A stretch of 64,000 nt of DNA from Spirochaetia bacterium (GTDB lineage: Bacteria; Spirochaetota; Spirochaetia; CAKZLE01): positions 416,001 through 480,000 of the forward strand of contig OY782041.1 in assembly GCA_963677595.1 (NCBI GenBank), written 5' to 3'. The notes below the pieces were generated by a model. The model did not search any database. It was not told the origin of the DNA and saw nothing but the letters and a program-made list of their open reading frames with translations. Below are positions 38,101 through 48,617 of the stretch, in pieces. Position 1 is the stretch's first letter. The number at the start of each line of letters is the position of its first letter. A program made the position numbers and the translations under genes.

Positions 38101-39999
38101 CTATTTCAGAAGCTTGAGGTCGTTCTCCATACCCTTCTGTGCGAAGAATCGTGGTGAAGCGAACCAGTTGTCATCTGCAGCAGCTTCAACAGTACCGAGG
38201 AACTTGTCACCCATCATGAAGCCCTTGATCAGGTCAACTGAGTAGGATGACTTCACTCGTGAAGCGATCTCGCTCTTTGAGAGTCCAACACCTCGTGAGA
38301 GGAATCCGCCGACATCATAAGCTCGGTAAGCGTTGAGGACTACCGTATAGGTCTGGTCTTTCTGGAACTTCTCAGTCGATCCGTCAGCCTTGATGAAGGT
38401 CTTGATGTTGACCTTGTCGCCGGCAGGTTTCTTGACGTCTACGACGTAGTTGATTCCAGCAGCGCTGTCGAAGTTGTAGTAGTCGAGTCCGCCGAGGAGG
38501 TTGTCGTTGATGGTCTTCATCACGTTGAACCAGTTAGCGTATGAGTACTCGAGGTATGCATCGATCTCAGCACCAGTCATCTCTCCGGTATAGAGCCATG
38601 TCTGGTTGCTTTCCAGCCCGAATGCTTCCATCACGTAGAGGGCGTCACGAACAGTGATCGGTCCCTTCTTCAGGGTGATGTTGGCTACTGGAGGAGCAGC
38701 GAATGAGATCTGTGCACCAGTCATCTGCATCTGCAGTGTGTGCATGATATCGACCATAGCGGAGTCGCCGAAGAGTGCATCGTTCGCATCAACGTCATTT
38801 GCAAGGTATCCGATCGGTGTTGACAGGACCTTGTCGAGTTCGTCAAGAGCGAAGCCGAATGCTGCCTTGGCAACGGGGCTTACAGGATAAGCAGCCATGC
38901 TCTGTGATCGGGCTGTTACCTTTGCGACATCGAACTTCTTTGAAGCCTTGTCCCATGAGAGGACCAGGTCAGCAGTAGCTACTGACTTAGCATCTTCCAT
39001 GGCACCGACAACGTAGATAGTCTCGCCGTCAGGGTTGACAGCCTTTACAGTCTTGGTACCGGCGATCACGAGGTCGAGGCCTCGAACCTGCTCAGCAACC
39101 TTGATACCGTCATCTGAACCTTCTGTCTGGCAGAGGGCGATGATCACATCAGGATTGACCTTAGCCTGGATGACAGGAACCATCTTCTTGGCTGCGGTGA
39201 CCATGTCTGCGATCTCGATGCCTGCGCCGGCAGGAACAGCGATTGACGGAGAAGTCAGGCCCATGACTGCGATAGTCGCACCGTTTTTCTCGATCACTGC
39301 ATATCGGAATCCTTCGAAGTTCCTTCCTGACTGTGAGCTTACGACGTTAGCTCCGATCCAGGGGAAGGCTGAGTCTGAACCGATCTGGAAGAGTACTTCA
39401 GCACCCATGGCTGCATCGAGTGCGCCGGGGACTGCAGCATCATAAGCCATAGCGTTCATGACAGCAGGTACGATATTGTGTGAAGCGGGATACAGGAGGT
39501 TGTTGGCATCTACCAACAGGCTTCCCTGCATGACGTTACCACCATCCAGGAGAACGACGCCCTGTGATTTATCGCCTCGTTCCTCTTCGATGAAGGAATA
39601 GATCTGAGCAAGTGAAGTATCAGCTGCCCGACCTGTTACCAGGTTATCAGGGAATAGCTTGCCCTGAATGTCCATCGTTGCGATAACCTTGATATTGATA
39701 TCTTCAATAACTGGTTCTGGTGCCGGAGCTGGTTCCGGAGCTGGTGCCGGAGCTGGTGCTGGCTCAGGTTCTGGTGCTGGTTCCGGAGCAGGAGCAGGTT
39801 CTGGCGCTGGTGCTGGTTCCGGAGCAGGTGCCGGTTCTGGTTTCGGAGCTGGCGCAGGAGCTGGTGCTGGTTCAGCTGCCTTGACCTCTTCGGTCGCAAC
39901 CTGTACTGGCTCTTCCTCAGGAGCAGTAGTATTACATCCGGCTAGGGATATGATCAAAACTAAGCCGACCATCAAACGCAAGAGTGTTTGCTTCTTCAT
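38101..39999 (-). CDS. Lipoprotein of the 5'-nucleotidase / 2',3'-cyclic phosphodiesterase (CpdB/UshA) family with degenerate metal ligands
   Basis: Lipobox LAGC, Pro/Ala linker, metallophosphoesterase-like domain and 5'-NT C-terminal domain (YNFDSAAG..Y..D). Confidence 0.78.
   Translation of the reverse strand: MKKQTLLRLMVGLVLIISLAGCNTTAPEEEPVQVATEEVKAAEPAPAPAPAPKPEPAPAPEPAPAPEPAPAPEPAPEPEPAPAPAPAPEPAPAPEPVIEDINIKVIATMDIQGKLFPDNLVTGRAADTSLAQIYSFIEEERGDKSQGVVLLDGGNVMQGSLLVDANNLLYPASHNIVPAVMNAMAYDAAVPGALDAAMGAEVLFQIGSDSAFPWIGANVVSSQSGRNFEGFRYAVIEKNGATIAVMGLTSPSIAVPAGAGIEIADMVTAAKKMVPVIQAKVNPDVIIALCQTEGSDDGIKVAEQVRGLDLVIAGTKTVKAVNPDGETIYVVGAMEDAKSVATADLVLSWDKASKKFDVAKVTARSQSMAAYPVSPVAKAAFGFALDELDKVLSTPIGYLANDVDANDALFGDSAMVDIMHTLQMQMTGAQISFAAPPVANITLKKGPITVRDALYVMEAFGLESNQTWLYTGEMTGAEIDAYLEYSYANWFNVMKTINDNLLGGLDYYNFDSAAGINYVVDVKKPAGDKVNIKTFIKADGSTEKFQKDQTYTVVLNAYRAYDVGGFLSRGVGLSKSEIASRVKSSYSVDLIKGFMMGDKFLGTVEAAADDNWFASPRFFAQKGMENDLKLLK
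39715..39876 (-). repeat. Tandem (E)PAPAP coding repeat, about 18-bp unit
   Basis: About 9 degenerate units encoding EPAPAP/APAPAP. Confidence 0.9.
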
Positions 40000-40457
40000 G
40001 TATTCCCCCTAAATTCATTGTTGTTTCTGTAGTATAACATGATTATGATATAAGGCTTGAAAAAGATAATCAAGCTTTTTCCTTGTTTTTTACGATTCTA
40101 CAGAACATTCACTTTGTATTATCTATCTTAAAAGATATTTTGTAAACCACAATACGAAAAAATCACATTCCGTACCGCGGCTTACAATATTAAAGCTCTC
40201 TGGGAAAATCTGGTTACACTGAAGTATGAAAAACATTGTTTAACTAGTCCAGAACGCAGAAAAGACCTATATCCGATAACGAGTTACCTCGAAGAATTTT
40301 TTTTAGGTTTTTTGGCGGGAAACTTCAAATCATGCTGCAATCAATATATTTCTGGACAATCACACAGCAAAAGTAAGGTCCAAGATAAAAACGACCTGAT
40401 GATGCTTCATTCTTTTTCTGAGCTGGTACTCTTTGTTGTGATGCAGATGATTCCTGC

Positions 40458-41696
40458 CTATCCAACCTCCGGGAGCTCTGACCAGCAGGTCGTGTAGCGG
40501 GACGAGAGCAGGGCGCGCCTCATCCGCCACTCCTCGCTGCGGCCGGGGCTGCGGCAGGTGATCACATCCCGGCCGTAGAGTTCCTGCAGGCGGTAGACCG
40601 CCTCAGCCGCCCTCCTCCGCTTCTCCCTCCCCTCATCGAAGAAGTCGGGCTGGTAATGGTCCGTCCCGTCGATCTCATGGAGGTAGATCCCGACCTTCGT
40701 GTAGGGAAGACCCTCGAGGAAGATGGCATGGAGTCCCCTCACCGCAGGCCCCACGATATCAGGGAGGTAGCAGGTTGACCTCGGCAGCCTCATGCTGATG
40801 CTGTTCCCGTAGTAGGAGGGTTTGTGCCGGTGGGTCTGGAGAAATACAGTGATCATCATCGCTTCCGACCCCTGGTCCTGGAGCTTCCGCACGGCCGTCG
40901 CCGCATAGGAGACGAGCGCCGTCTCGATGGCGTAGAGGTCAGTGAGCTCCTCGCTGAACCCGAGGGAGGAGAGGATACCCTTCCGGTCCGGCCTCTCGAC
41001 CTCCCGCTCGATCGCATGGGTGCCCCTGAGCTCCCAGACCGTCCGGAGCGTGGTGAACGTCAGGTGTCTGCGGACCCAGTCATCCTGGCACTGGCGCAGG
41101 TCCCAGGCAGTGATGACCCCCTTCGTGAAGAGGAACCTCGCCTTCCGCGTCCCGATCCCCCAGACATCAATGAGGTTAAGCCCTTTCAGGACCCCCTCCT
41201 CCTCATCGTCCCGCAGCAGGAAGACACCGCTGCCCCGCTTCGCATACCGGTTGGCGATCTTCGCCAGCGTCTTCGTCCTGCCGAAGCCGACGGAGACGGG
41301 GATACCCGTCTGCATCCGGACCGCGGCCCTGATCTCGCCGCCCAGCCTCACCAGGGCGGGGCAGTCCGCGCTGCTGAAGAGGAAGGCCTCATCGATGGAA
41401 TATACCTCGACAGGGTCCCCGAAGGACCTGATCACCTCCATCACCCGGTTGGAGAGGTCCTGGTAGAGCGTGTAGTTCGAGGAGAATACCGCCGCCCCGC
41501 AGGATGCGAGCTGGTCCCGTACCTGGAAGTAGGGGGCGCCCCTCCGTACCCCAAGCTGCTTGAGCTCGCTGCTCATGGCCACGATGCACCCGTCGTTGTT
41601 GGAGAGGACCGCTACCGGGACCCCTGCGAGGTCGGGGCGGAAGACACGTTCACAGGAGGCATAGAAGCTGTTGCAGTCGATGAGCCCGACCATCAC
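40458..41696 (-). CDS. umuC: Y-family DNA polymerase V subunit UmuC
   Basis: DCNSFYASCE, VLSNNDGC, YSIDEAF, TKTLAK.AN and a C-terminal W.M.R..LS.RYTT.W.EL. Confidence 0.95.
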   Translation of the reverse strand: MMVGLIDCNSFYASCERVFRPDLAGVPVAVLSNNDGCIVAMSSELKQLGVRRGAPYFQVRDQLASCGAAVFSSNYTLYQDLSNRVMEVIRSFGDPVEVYSIDEAFLFSSADCPALVRLGGEIRAAVRMQTGIPVSVGFGRTKTLAKIANRYAKRGSGVFLLRDDEEEGVLKGLNLIDVWGIGTRKARFLFTKGVITAWDLRQCQDDWVRRHLTFTTLRTVWELRGTHAIEREVERPDRKGILSSLGFSEELTDLYAIETALVSYAATAVRKLQDQGSEAMMITVFLQTHRHKPSYYGNSISMRLPRSTCYLPDIVGPAVRGLHAIFLEGLPYTKVGIYLHEIDGTDHYQPDFFDEGREKRRRAAEAVYRLQELYGRDVITCRSPGRSEEWRMRRALLSSRYTTCWSELPEVG

Positions 41697-41697
41697 C

Positions 41698-42126
41698 CTA
41701 CCCCTGGCGGAACTGCCGCACCACGGAGGTCACGACCCCGAAGAGGAGGAAATCCTCCTCCGGCCCGATGACGATCGGGTCGAACCGGTCGTTCTCCGGC
41801 TGGAGAATGACCTGCCCGCTCCGCCTGAAGAACCGCTTCACGGTGAACTCCCCGCCCACGGAGGCCACCACGATATCGCGGTTGGAGGGTTGGAGGGACC
41901 TGTCCACCACGATGATGTCCCCCGGGTATATCCCGGCCCCGAGCATGGACTCACCTGAGACCCTGAGGCAGTAGGTGGAAGCCTTCCGACGGATGAGCAG
42001 TTCATTGAAGTCCAGGCCGTCCTCGGCATAATCTGCCGCAGGGGACGGGAATCCTGCATGGATCGGGGAGATATAGAGAGGGACCGTGATCCGGCTCAGT
42101 TCGCTTCTCAACAATATACTTAACAT
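41698..42126 (-). CDS. umuD: UmuD (S24 peptidase, Pol V subunit)
   Basis: AGFPSPA cleavage site, GESM serine and FTVKR lysine. Confidence 0.94.
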   Translation of the reverse strand: MLSILLRSELSRITVPLYISPIHAGFPSPAADYAEDGLDFNELLIRRKASTYCLRVSGESMLGAGIYPGDIIVVDRSLQPSNRDIVVASVGGEFTVKRFFRRSGQVILQPENDRFDPIVIGPEEDFLLFGVVTSVVRQFRQG

Positions 42127-42140
42127 AAGTTAAGTATATT
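42113..42140. promoter_or_regulatory. Perfect 12-bp inverted repeat over the umuD start
   Basis: AATATACTTAAC-ATAA-GTTAAGTATATT. Confidence 0.6.
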
Positions 42141-42891
42141 ACAGGATAGAGAGATTATCAACCTCAGGTATACCGGTATACTGAATATCACTGATCCCCG
42201 GCGCAGTAGAGGAACCATCCCGGGCATAGAGCGCTCGTGAGACGGGATGGGCGAACAGCTCATACTCCCTTCCGCCCATCAGCCGGTCCACCTCCTCCGC
42301 CGGCAGGGCGGCATCGAGCCATGCACCATAGTTCCCCGGTTCGATGAGCAGCGGCATACGGTGCTTCTTGTTGTGGATCGTGTCCACGATCCCGGCAGCA
42401 GGGACGGTGAGGACCGAGAAACCCCGGTAGGCCCTCCCGGTCTCCGGGCCGAACCAGTCCTCATAGATGCCGCCGAGGGCGAAGAGCTCTCCCTTCCGGT
42501 GAAGGTAGAAGGGGTAGCTCTTCCCCCCGTAGGCGTGCGGCTCGAAGAACCCGCTCACCGGGATGAGACAGCGCTTCTGCTGCTTCATCGAGTCCCGGAA
42601 CGAGGGAAGCTGCCGGACGGTCTCGCTCCTCGCATTCAGGGTCTTCTCCCTGATCGCTAGGGCTGCCTCCCGGTCCTTCGCCCAGCGGGGGACCAGTCCC
42701 CATACCCCGGAAGAGGCCATGCGCCTGTCACCCGCCGGGATGATCGGCCAGGCGGGGTGGGAGAACCCGGACCGCTGGTGATAGAGGATCCTGCCGCCAT
42801 CGGAGGCGAACGAGGGGTGACCCTCGAATACTGCGCCGAAGTCCTCCTCGAGCTGCAGCAGATCCGTGACGATCGACATATTGAAACACAT
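42139..42891 (-). CDS. SRAP (YedK/HMCES) abasic-site protection protein
   Basis: N-terminal MC, WGLVP.W, NARSET, RCLIP..GFFE and IH..RMP. Confidence 0.92.
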   Translation of the reverse strand: MCFNMSIVTDLLQLEEDFGAVFEGHPSFASDGGRILYHQRSGFSHPAWPIIPAGDRRMASSGVWGLVPRWAKDREAALAIREKTLNARSETVRQLPSFRDSMKQQKRCLIPVSGFFEPHAYGGKSYPFYLHRKGELFALGGIYEDWFGPETGRAYRGFSVLTVPAAGIVDTIHNKKHRMPLLIEPGNYGAWLDAALPAEEVDRLMGGREYELFAHPVSRALYARDGSSTAPGISDIQYTGIPEVDNLSIL

Positions 42892-42984
42892 GGGACGTTC
42901 CCCCTTCCCCCCAATCCTATCACAGATGCAGATACCATACACTGATACCTACCGCTTTTTTCCGGTTTGTGGTATACTCCAGTC

Positions 42985-44400
42985 ATGCAACCGGCACACA
43001 CATTACTATGGTATGACCTGGAGACGTTCGGCACTCATACACAATACGACAGAATAGCTCAGTTCGCTGCCATCAGGACGAACATGGACCTCGAGATCGT
43101 CCAGGAACCCATGGTCCTCTACTGCAGGATCACCCCGGACTACCTCCCGGACCCCCTCGCCTGCCTGCTCACCGGAATCACGCCCCAGGACACCCTGGAG
43201 AAGGGGCTCCCTGAGAAGGAGTTCATCGACCGGGTCTTCACCGAGTTCTCCCGCCCCAATACCTGTGTCGTGGGCTATAACAACATCAGCTTCGATGATG
43301 AACTGGTACGGAATGCCCTCTACCGGAACTTCTACGATCCCTATGTGAGGGAGTACGCCAACGGGAACAGCAGGTGGGATGTCATGGACATGCTCAGGGC
43401 CGCACATGACCTGCGGCCTGATGGGATCACCTGGCCGAGGAATGAGAAGGACAGGCCCTCCTTCAAGCTCGAGCACCTGACGAAGGCCAACAACATCAGC
43501 CATGAGGATGCGCATGACGCCCTTGCCGATGTCTATGCGACCATCAGTGTCGCACGGCTCGTGAAGCAGCACCAGCCGAACCTCTACAACTATGCCTTCT
43601 CCCACCGGCTCAAGCGGACCCTCAAGGGTGAGATCGACATGCACAAGCAGACACCCTTCCTCCACACGGCGGGTTCCCATACGACCGAACACGGCTGTTC
43701 AGCACTGCTGATGCCGCTCGCGGCAGACCCGCACAACAGCAACGCGGTCTACTGCTTCGATCTCTCACACGACCCGGAGGAGCTGATTCACGCAAAGACG
43801 GAGGACCTGAGCTCTCACTTCATGCTTACTAAGGTCAGCCTCAACAAGTGTCCATTCATCTCACCCCTGTCGATCTTCACCGACGAGGTAGCAGACCGGC
43901 TCCATATCGACAAGGAGCTGTGCAGGAAGAACTACAAGCGCTTGAGGGAACGTCCTGACGTCATCGGGAAGATCCATGCCTTCTACGGTGCCCCCTACCA
44001 GGAAGCGAGTAATGACCCCGACTTCCAGATCTACTCCGGGGGCTTCTTCAATGACGATGATAAGGAACGCTTCTCCATCATCCACCGCGCTGATCCCGGG
44101 GACCTGCTGCAGCTGAACCTCAGGTTCGAGGACAAGAGGATCGCGGAGATGCTCTGGAGATACACCTGCAGGAACTATCCAGAGGCGCTCTCACCCGAAG
44201 AGAAGCGGAAGTGGGACAACTTCTGCGCGAGCAGGCTCCTCTTCCCTCCCGGGGATATCATGATCAGCTACCAGTTCTATACCCGGAAGATCAGGGAGAA
44301 GGCGGAGAGCAAGGAGACCACAGGTGAGCAGAAGCTCATCCTGAAAGCCCTCGAGGAGTACGGGAAGCAGGTCCACGACGCCGTGATCATAACGAGGTGA
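42985..44400 (+). CDS. sbcB: Exodeoxyribonuclease I
   Basis: DLETFG..DR..QFA.IRT, GYN.I.FDDE..R, SFKLEHL and [10 protein letters not shown]. Confidence 0.93.
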   Translation: MQPAHTLLWYDLETFGTHTQYDRIAQFAAIRTNMDLEIVQEPMVLYCRITPDYLPDPLACLLTGITPQDTLEKGLPEKEFIDRVFTEFSRPNTCVVGYNNISFDDELVRNALYRNFYDPYVREYANGNSRWDVMDMLRAAHDLRPDGITWPRNEKDRPSFKLEHLTKANNISHEDAHDALADVYATISVARLVKQHQPNLYNYAFSHRLKRTLKGEIDMHKQTPFLHTAGSHTTEHGCSALLMPLAADPHNSNAVYCFDLSHDPEELIHAKTEDLSSHFMLTKVSLNKCPFISPLSIFTDEVADRLHIDKELCRKNYKRLRERPDVIGKIHAFYGAPYQEASNDPDFQIYSGGFFNDDDKERFSIIHRADPGDLLQLNLRFEDKRIAEMLWRYTCRNYPEALSPEEKRKWDNFCASRLLFPPGDIMISYQFYTRKIREKAESKETTGEQKLILKALEEYGKQVHDAVIITR

Positions 44401-45583
44401 TCACCCCGGTCCTCAGGCCGACCCGCTTGAAGGCATCAATAGCACGATCCAGGTCCTCATCCGTGTGGGCAGCGGAGATCTGGACCCTGATCCTTGCCTT
44501 CCCCTTCGGCACGACGGGATAGACGAACCCGATCACGTAGATCCCCTCTTTCAGCAGCTCATCTGCGAACGAGACGGCAGTGACCTCATCATAGAGCATG
44601 ACCGGTACGATCGGCGTATCACCTCTCACGATATCGAATCCGGCTTTGACCATCTCAGACTTGAAATATCTCGCTGATTCGGTCACGCGCCTCCGTGCAG
44701 CTGAGTCGCCCTCGAGTTTGTCCAGCACGGCCAGGGTCCCCCCGACGACTGCCGGGGCAAGGGTGTTCGAGAAGAGATAGGGGCGTGAACGCTGCCTGAG
44801 CAGCTCGATGAGCTCCTTCCGACCGGAGGTACAGCCCCCGTTCGCACCGCCTAACGCCTTGCCGAAGGTGGTGGTGACCAGGTCGACACGACCAAGCACA
44901 CCGCAGTACTCGCTCGTCCCCCGGCCGTTCTCCCCGATGAATCCCGTGGCATGGGAGTCATCGACCATGACGAGGGCATCATACTTCTCGGCAAGGTCGC
45001 ATATCCCCTTCAGGTCTGCGATATCCCCATCCATGGAGAAGACCCCGTCGGTAGCGATCAGCCGGTACCGTGCATCCTTCGCCTCTACCAGGCACCGTTC
45101 CAGGTCCGCCATATCCGAATGGGCATAGCGGAACCTCCGGGCTTTGCACAGCCGGACCCCGTCGATGATGGAGGCATGGTTGAGCTCATCGGAGATGAGT
45201 GCATCCTCCGCTCCGAGCAATGGTTCGAAGAGCCCGCCGTTCGCATCGAAGCAGGCGGCATAGAGGATGGTATCCTCGGTGCCGAGGAACCTGCTCACCC
45301 TGCTCTCCAGCTCCTTGTGGATCGCCTGGGTCCCGCAGATGAACCTGACCGAGGAGAGGCCGTAGCCCCACTCCCGCATCGTCCGGGAAGCCGCCTCGAC
45401 CACATCGGGGTCATTGGCGAGGCCGAGGTAGTTGTTCGCGCAGAAGTTCAGCACCTCCTCTCCCGTCGACACCTGTATATGGGAATCCTGCGGGGTCGTG
45501 ATGATGCGTTCCCGCTTGTAGAGCCCCTGTGTATCCAGCTCCTTGAACAGACTCCTAAGGTCATCCTTCATCCTGTCAAACAT
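44387..45583 (-). CDS. kbl: 2-amino-3-ketobutyrate CoA ligase (glycine C-acetyltransferase)
   Basis: [30 protein letters not shown] and [11 protein letters not shown]. Confidence 0.96.
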   Translation of the reverse strand: MFDRMKDDLRSLFKELDTQGLYKRERIITTPQDSHIQVSTGEEVLNFCANNYLGLANDPDVVEAASRTMREWGYGLSSVRFICGTQAIHKELESRVSRFLGTEDTILYAACFDANGGLFEPLLGAEDALISDELNHASIIDGVRLCKARRFRYAHSDMADLERCLVEAKDARYRLIATDGVFSMDGDIADLKGICDLAEKYDALVMVDDSHATGFIGENGRGTSEYCGVLGRVDLVTTTFGKALGGANGGCTSGRKELIELLRQRSRPYLFSNTLAPAVVGGTLAVLDKLEGDSAARRRVTESARYFKSEMVKAGFDIVRGDTPIVPVMLYDEVTAVSFADELLKEGIYVIGFVYPVVPKGKARIRVQISAAHTDEDLDRAIDAFKRVGLRTGVITSL

Positions 45584-46544
45584 CCTCTTTGCCTCCTCTT
45601 CTTCTGTCCTGCAGGGTCCTGATCATATCTGCAGTCATGGCATGCAGGTCATACTTCGGCTTCCAGCCCCACTCGACCCTGGCAGCATAATCCTCAAGGG
45701 AGTTGGGCCAGGAATCGGCGATAGCCTGCTTCACCGGGTCGATCTTGTAGCTGATCTGGAAATCCGGTATATGGTTCCTGATATAGGCTGCCTGCTCTTC
45801 CGGGCAGAAGCTCATCGCGGTCACGTTGAAGGCATTGCGATGCCTCAGCCGGCCCCCGTCAGCCTCCATGATGGAGACAGCAGCCTCCACAGCATCAGGC
45901 ATATACATCATGTCAAGGTAGGTGCTGCCTGAGAGCGGACATTCGTACCTTCCCTGCTCGACTGCCGCATAGTAGATCTCGACGGCATAGTCGGTCGTCC
46001 CGCCCCCGGGAGGGGTCATGTTCGAGATGATCCCGGGGTACCGGACCCCTCTCGTATCGACATCGTACTTATGGTAGTAGTAGTCGCACAAGAGCTCTCC
46101 CGCCACCTTCGTGATGCCGTACATGGAAGTAGGCCGCTGTACCGTATCCTGCGGCGTGAAGTCCTTCGGTGTGGTCGGCCCGAAGGAACCGATGGATGAG
46201 GGGGTGAAGATCGAGCACCCCTCGCCCCTGGCCACCTCTAAGGCTACCATGAGCCCGTTCATGTTGATATCCCAGGCTACCTGGGGCTTCATCTCCGCTG
46301 TCGCGGAGAGCAGCGCAGCCAGGTGGTAGATCGTATCGACCCGGTATTCCCTCACCAGCTCGGCCAGCCGCTCCCCATCCCGGCAGTCCACCTTGTAGAA
46401 CGGCCCTGAATTGACCAGTTCCACGTTGGCATCATCCCTGATGTCGGTGAGGATGACGTTATCGCACCCGTACCGCTCCCTCAGTGCTACGGCGATCTCA
46501 GATCCGAGCTGTCCGAGTGACCCGTTTATCATAATCCGTTTCAT
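45576..46544 (-). CDS. tdh: SDR-type L-threonine 3-dehydrogenase
   Basis: [20 protein letters not shown] and [10 protein letters not shown]; adjacent to kbl. Confidence 0.9.
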   Translation of the reverse strand: MKRIMINGSLGQLGSEIAVALRERYGCDNVILTDIRDDANVELVNSGPFYKVDCRDGERLAELVREYRVDTIYHLAALLSATAEMKPQVAWDINMNGLMVALEVARGEGCSIFTPSSIGSFGPTTPKDFTPQDTVQRPTSMYGITKVAGELLCDYYYHKYDVDTRGVRYPGIISNMTPPGGGTTDYAVEIYYAAVEQGRYECPLSGSTYLDMMYMPDAVEAAVSIMEADGGRLRHRNAFNVTAMSFCPEEQAAYIRNHIPDFQISYKIDPVKQAIADSWPNSLEDYAARVEWGWKPKYDLHAMTADMIRTLQDRRRGGKEDV

Positions 46545-46590
46545 GAACTCTTACCTGCCTCTCTTTCTTGACGAATATCCTGATTCACAA

Positions 46591-46662
46591 TACAATATAG
46601 TGAACTGTTTTCATTATAGTAAACTTGTTTCACTATGTCAAACCTGTTCCACTATATCAAAC
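46591..46662. promoter_or_regulatory. Four tandem quasi-palindromic operator sites
   Basis: Units resembling GTTTCACTATAGTGAAAC at about 19-bp spacing between the divergent tdh and XRE genes. Confidence 0.7.
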
Positions 46663-46685
46663 AGAGACCGGTAAGGAGATAATCA

Positions 46686-47264
46686 ATGGAAAGACCACCG
46701 AAGATCGGCAAGAACATCCAGCAGCTGAGGAATTCACAGGGATTCACCCTGAACGTGCTCTCCGAGCGCAGCGGGGTATCCAAGGCGATGCTGAGCCAGA
46801 TAGAATCTGATAAAGTCAACCCGACGGTCGCGACCGTATGGAAGATAGCCCAAGGCCTCGGGGTCGAGATACATTCGCTCCTCGCGGGTGACACTGAACC
46901 CCAGCGGAAGTTCAGGATCAACCGGTACGAGAACATCACCACCCTCGACACCGATGATGAGGGAGTCCACATCCACGTACTCTCCCCCCTGAGCATGGTG
47001 GAGGATCTTGAGATGTATATCCTGACCATCGCCCCGGGTGCCAGTCTCTCCTCGGATGCCCACTTCCCGAAGACCGAGGAGTTCCTCTCGGTCATCAAGG
47101 GGGAGGTCAGGGTGCGGGCCGGTTCCAATACCGGTGACCTGAAGAAGGGGGATTTCATCTCATACCACTGTGATATCGAGCACTCCATAGAGAATATCGG
47201 GAAGAGCGAGGCGAAGGTCCACCTCGTCGTGCGGTACAACCAGCAGATCAGCTCCGGACAATAG
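46686..47264 (+). CDS. XRE HTH-cupin transcriptional regulator
   Basis: SGVSKAMLSQIE..NPT..WKIA and a C-terminal cupin (H..E..H). Confidence 0.92.
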   Translation: MERPPKIGKNIQQLRNSQGFTLNVLSERSGVSKAMLSQIESDKVNPTVATVWKIAQGLGVEIHSLLAGDTEPQRKFRINRYENITTLDTDDEGVHIHVLSPLSMVEDLEMYILTIAPGASLSSDAHFPKTEEFLSVIKGEVRVRAGSNTGDLKKGDFISYHCDIEHSIENIGKSEAKVHLVVRYNQQISSGQ

Positions 47265-48615
47265 GGACGATGCGTCCCTCCTTCCGGGCCCGTTCGGCAG
47301 CGAAGCCGATCCGGTAGCTCACAAGGAGCTCCTCGAGTGTTGGGGTACTGTCCTCCTCATGGTTGAGGAAGATCGATTCCATCAGCCCGATGTCCCCTCC
47401 GCCGTGACCGGAGGGGGTATTCTTCTCCTCCCAGAGCAGCCACTTCTTCCCATCTCGGTGATCGAAGTACCAGAGCCGTTCCCCGGCCATGGTGAACCAC
47501 CCCTCGAGGGTCCCTGCCGAACCGTCGATACGGATCCACCGTCCCTCGAGGTAGGAGTGGCCCTCCATGGTAAGGACCGCACTCTTCCCGCCTGCTGTCT
47601 GCATCATGACCACCTGGTGGTCGGGCACGTCATTGTCACAGCGGTATACACACCTCCCGTAGGGTCCGTCCTTCAGGGCAGCGAGCTTCCCTTCGGCAGT
47701 GAGGTCGGTAGTGACAGCCGTGGCAGGCCAGAGGTCCCATTCCGAGAGGAACCTCAGCGGCCTGAACCTGCTGCAGAGTTTTCTCACGAACTCAGGGCAT
47801 GCGGTGATGAACGTACCTGCTGCCCTGAGCAGCCGGCTCTCAGCATGCCGGAACCCGCTGACTAACGGCAGAGCCTGCCGGTAGACCCGCGGGGCATACC
47901 AGGGGCATGTCCTCTCTTCCGGACATCCGTCCAGGCAGTAAGGGGGAGCCCCCGCAGGTGCATGTGCCCCGGTGTACCACGTAAGGGCCCCGGTCGAGGC
48001 GACGGAGATGACAGGATCGTCGAGCAGCCAGGAGATGATGTCTATGTCATGGCAGCATTTGGCGATGACCACCGGGGAGGAGTCTGCCTCCCTCCGCCAG
48101 TTCCCCCTCACATAGGAGTGGGAGAAGTGCCAGTAGGTGACGTGCTCAGCCTGCTCGATATGGATGATCTCCCCGATGAGTCCTGAGGCGATGCTTCGTT
48201 TCACGGTTGAGAAGAACCCGGTATACCTGAGGACGTGGCAGAGGTAGAGCTTCCGCCCCAGCTGCTTCGCTGTACGGTAGACCCTCTCGCACTCCTCTTC
48301 GGTCACCCCGAGCGGCTTCTCGAGGATCACGTCGTACCCGATCTCCATCGCGGCGACTGCAGGCCCCGCATGGAGCCGGTCCTGGGTGCAGATCAACGCT
48401 ATATCGGCCGGTATGCGCTCCTGCAGCAGTTCTTCGTACGTAGGGAAGAGCGCTTTCTCCCCTAAAGAGAAGAGCTTCGCGGCAGCGGACCTCCGGAGGG
48501 GGTCAGGTTCTGCGACCGCGGTTACCCGCGCAGCCTCCGGATGGGAGGCGAGCCAGGTCCCGTAGATATCAAGGCCCCTGAGCCCTGCCCCGATGAGTAC
48601 TACCCGCTTGACCAT
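47248..48615 (-). CDS. Gfo/Idh/MocA oxidoreductase
   Basis: GAGLRG, LEKP, HSYVRGNWR, KCCHDID and GHGGGD. Confidence 0.9.
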   Translation of the reverse strand: MVKRVVLIGAGLRGLDIYGTWLASHPEAARVTAVAEPDPLRRSAAAKLFSLGEKALFPTYEELLQERIPADIALICTQDRLHAGPAVAAMEIGYDVILEKPLGVTEEECERVYRTAKQLGRKLYLCHVLRYTGFFSTVKRSIASGLIGEIIHIEQAEHVTYWHFSHSYVRGNWRREADSSPVVIAKCCHDIDIISWLLDDPVISVASTGALTWYTGAHAPAGAPPYCLDGCPEERTCPWYAPRVYRQALPLVSGFRHAESRLLRAAGTFITACPEFVRKLCSRFRPLRFLSEWDLWPATAVTTDLTAEGKLAALKDGPYGRCVYRCDNDVPDHQVVMMQTAGGKSAVLTMEGHSYLEGRWIRIDGSAGTLEGWFTMAGERLWYFDHRDGKKWLLWEEKNTPSGHGGGDIGLMESIFLNHEEDSTPTLEELLVSYRIGFAAERARKEGRIVPIVRS

Positions 48616-48617
48616 GG

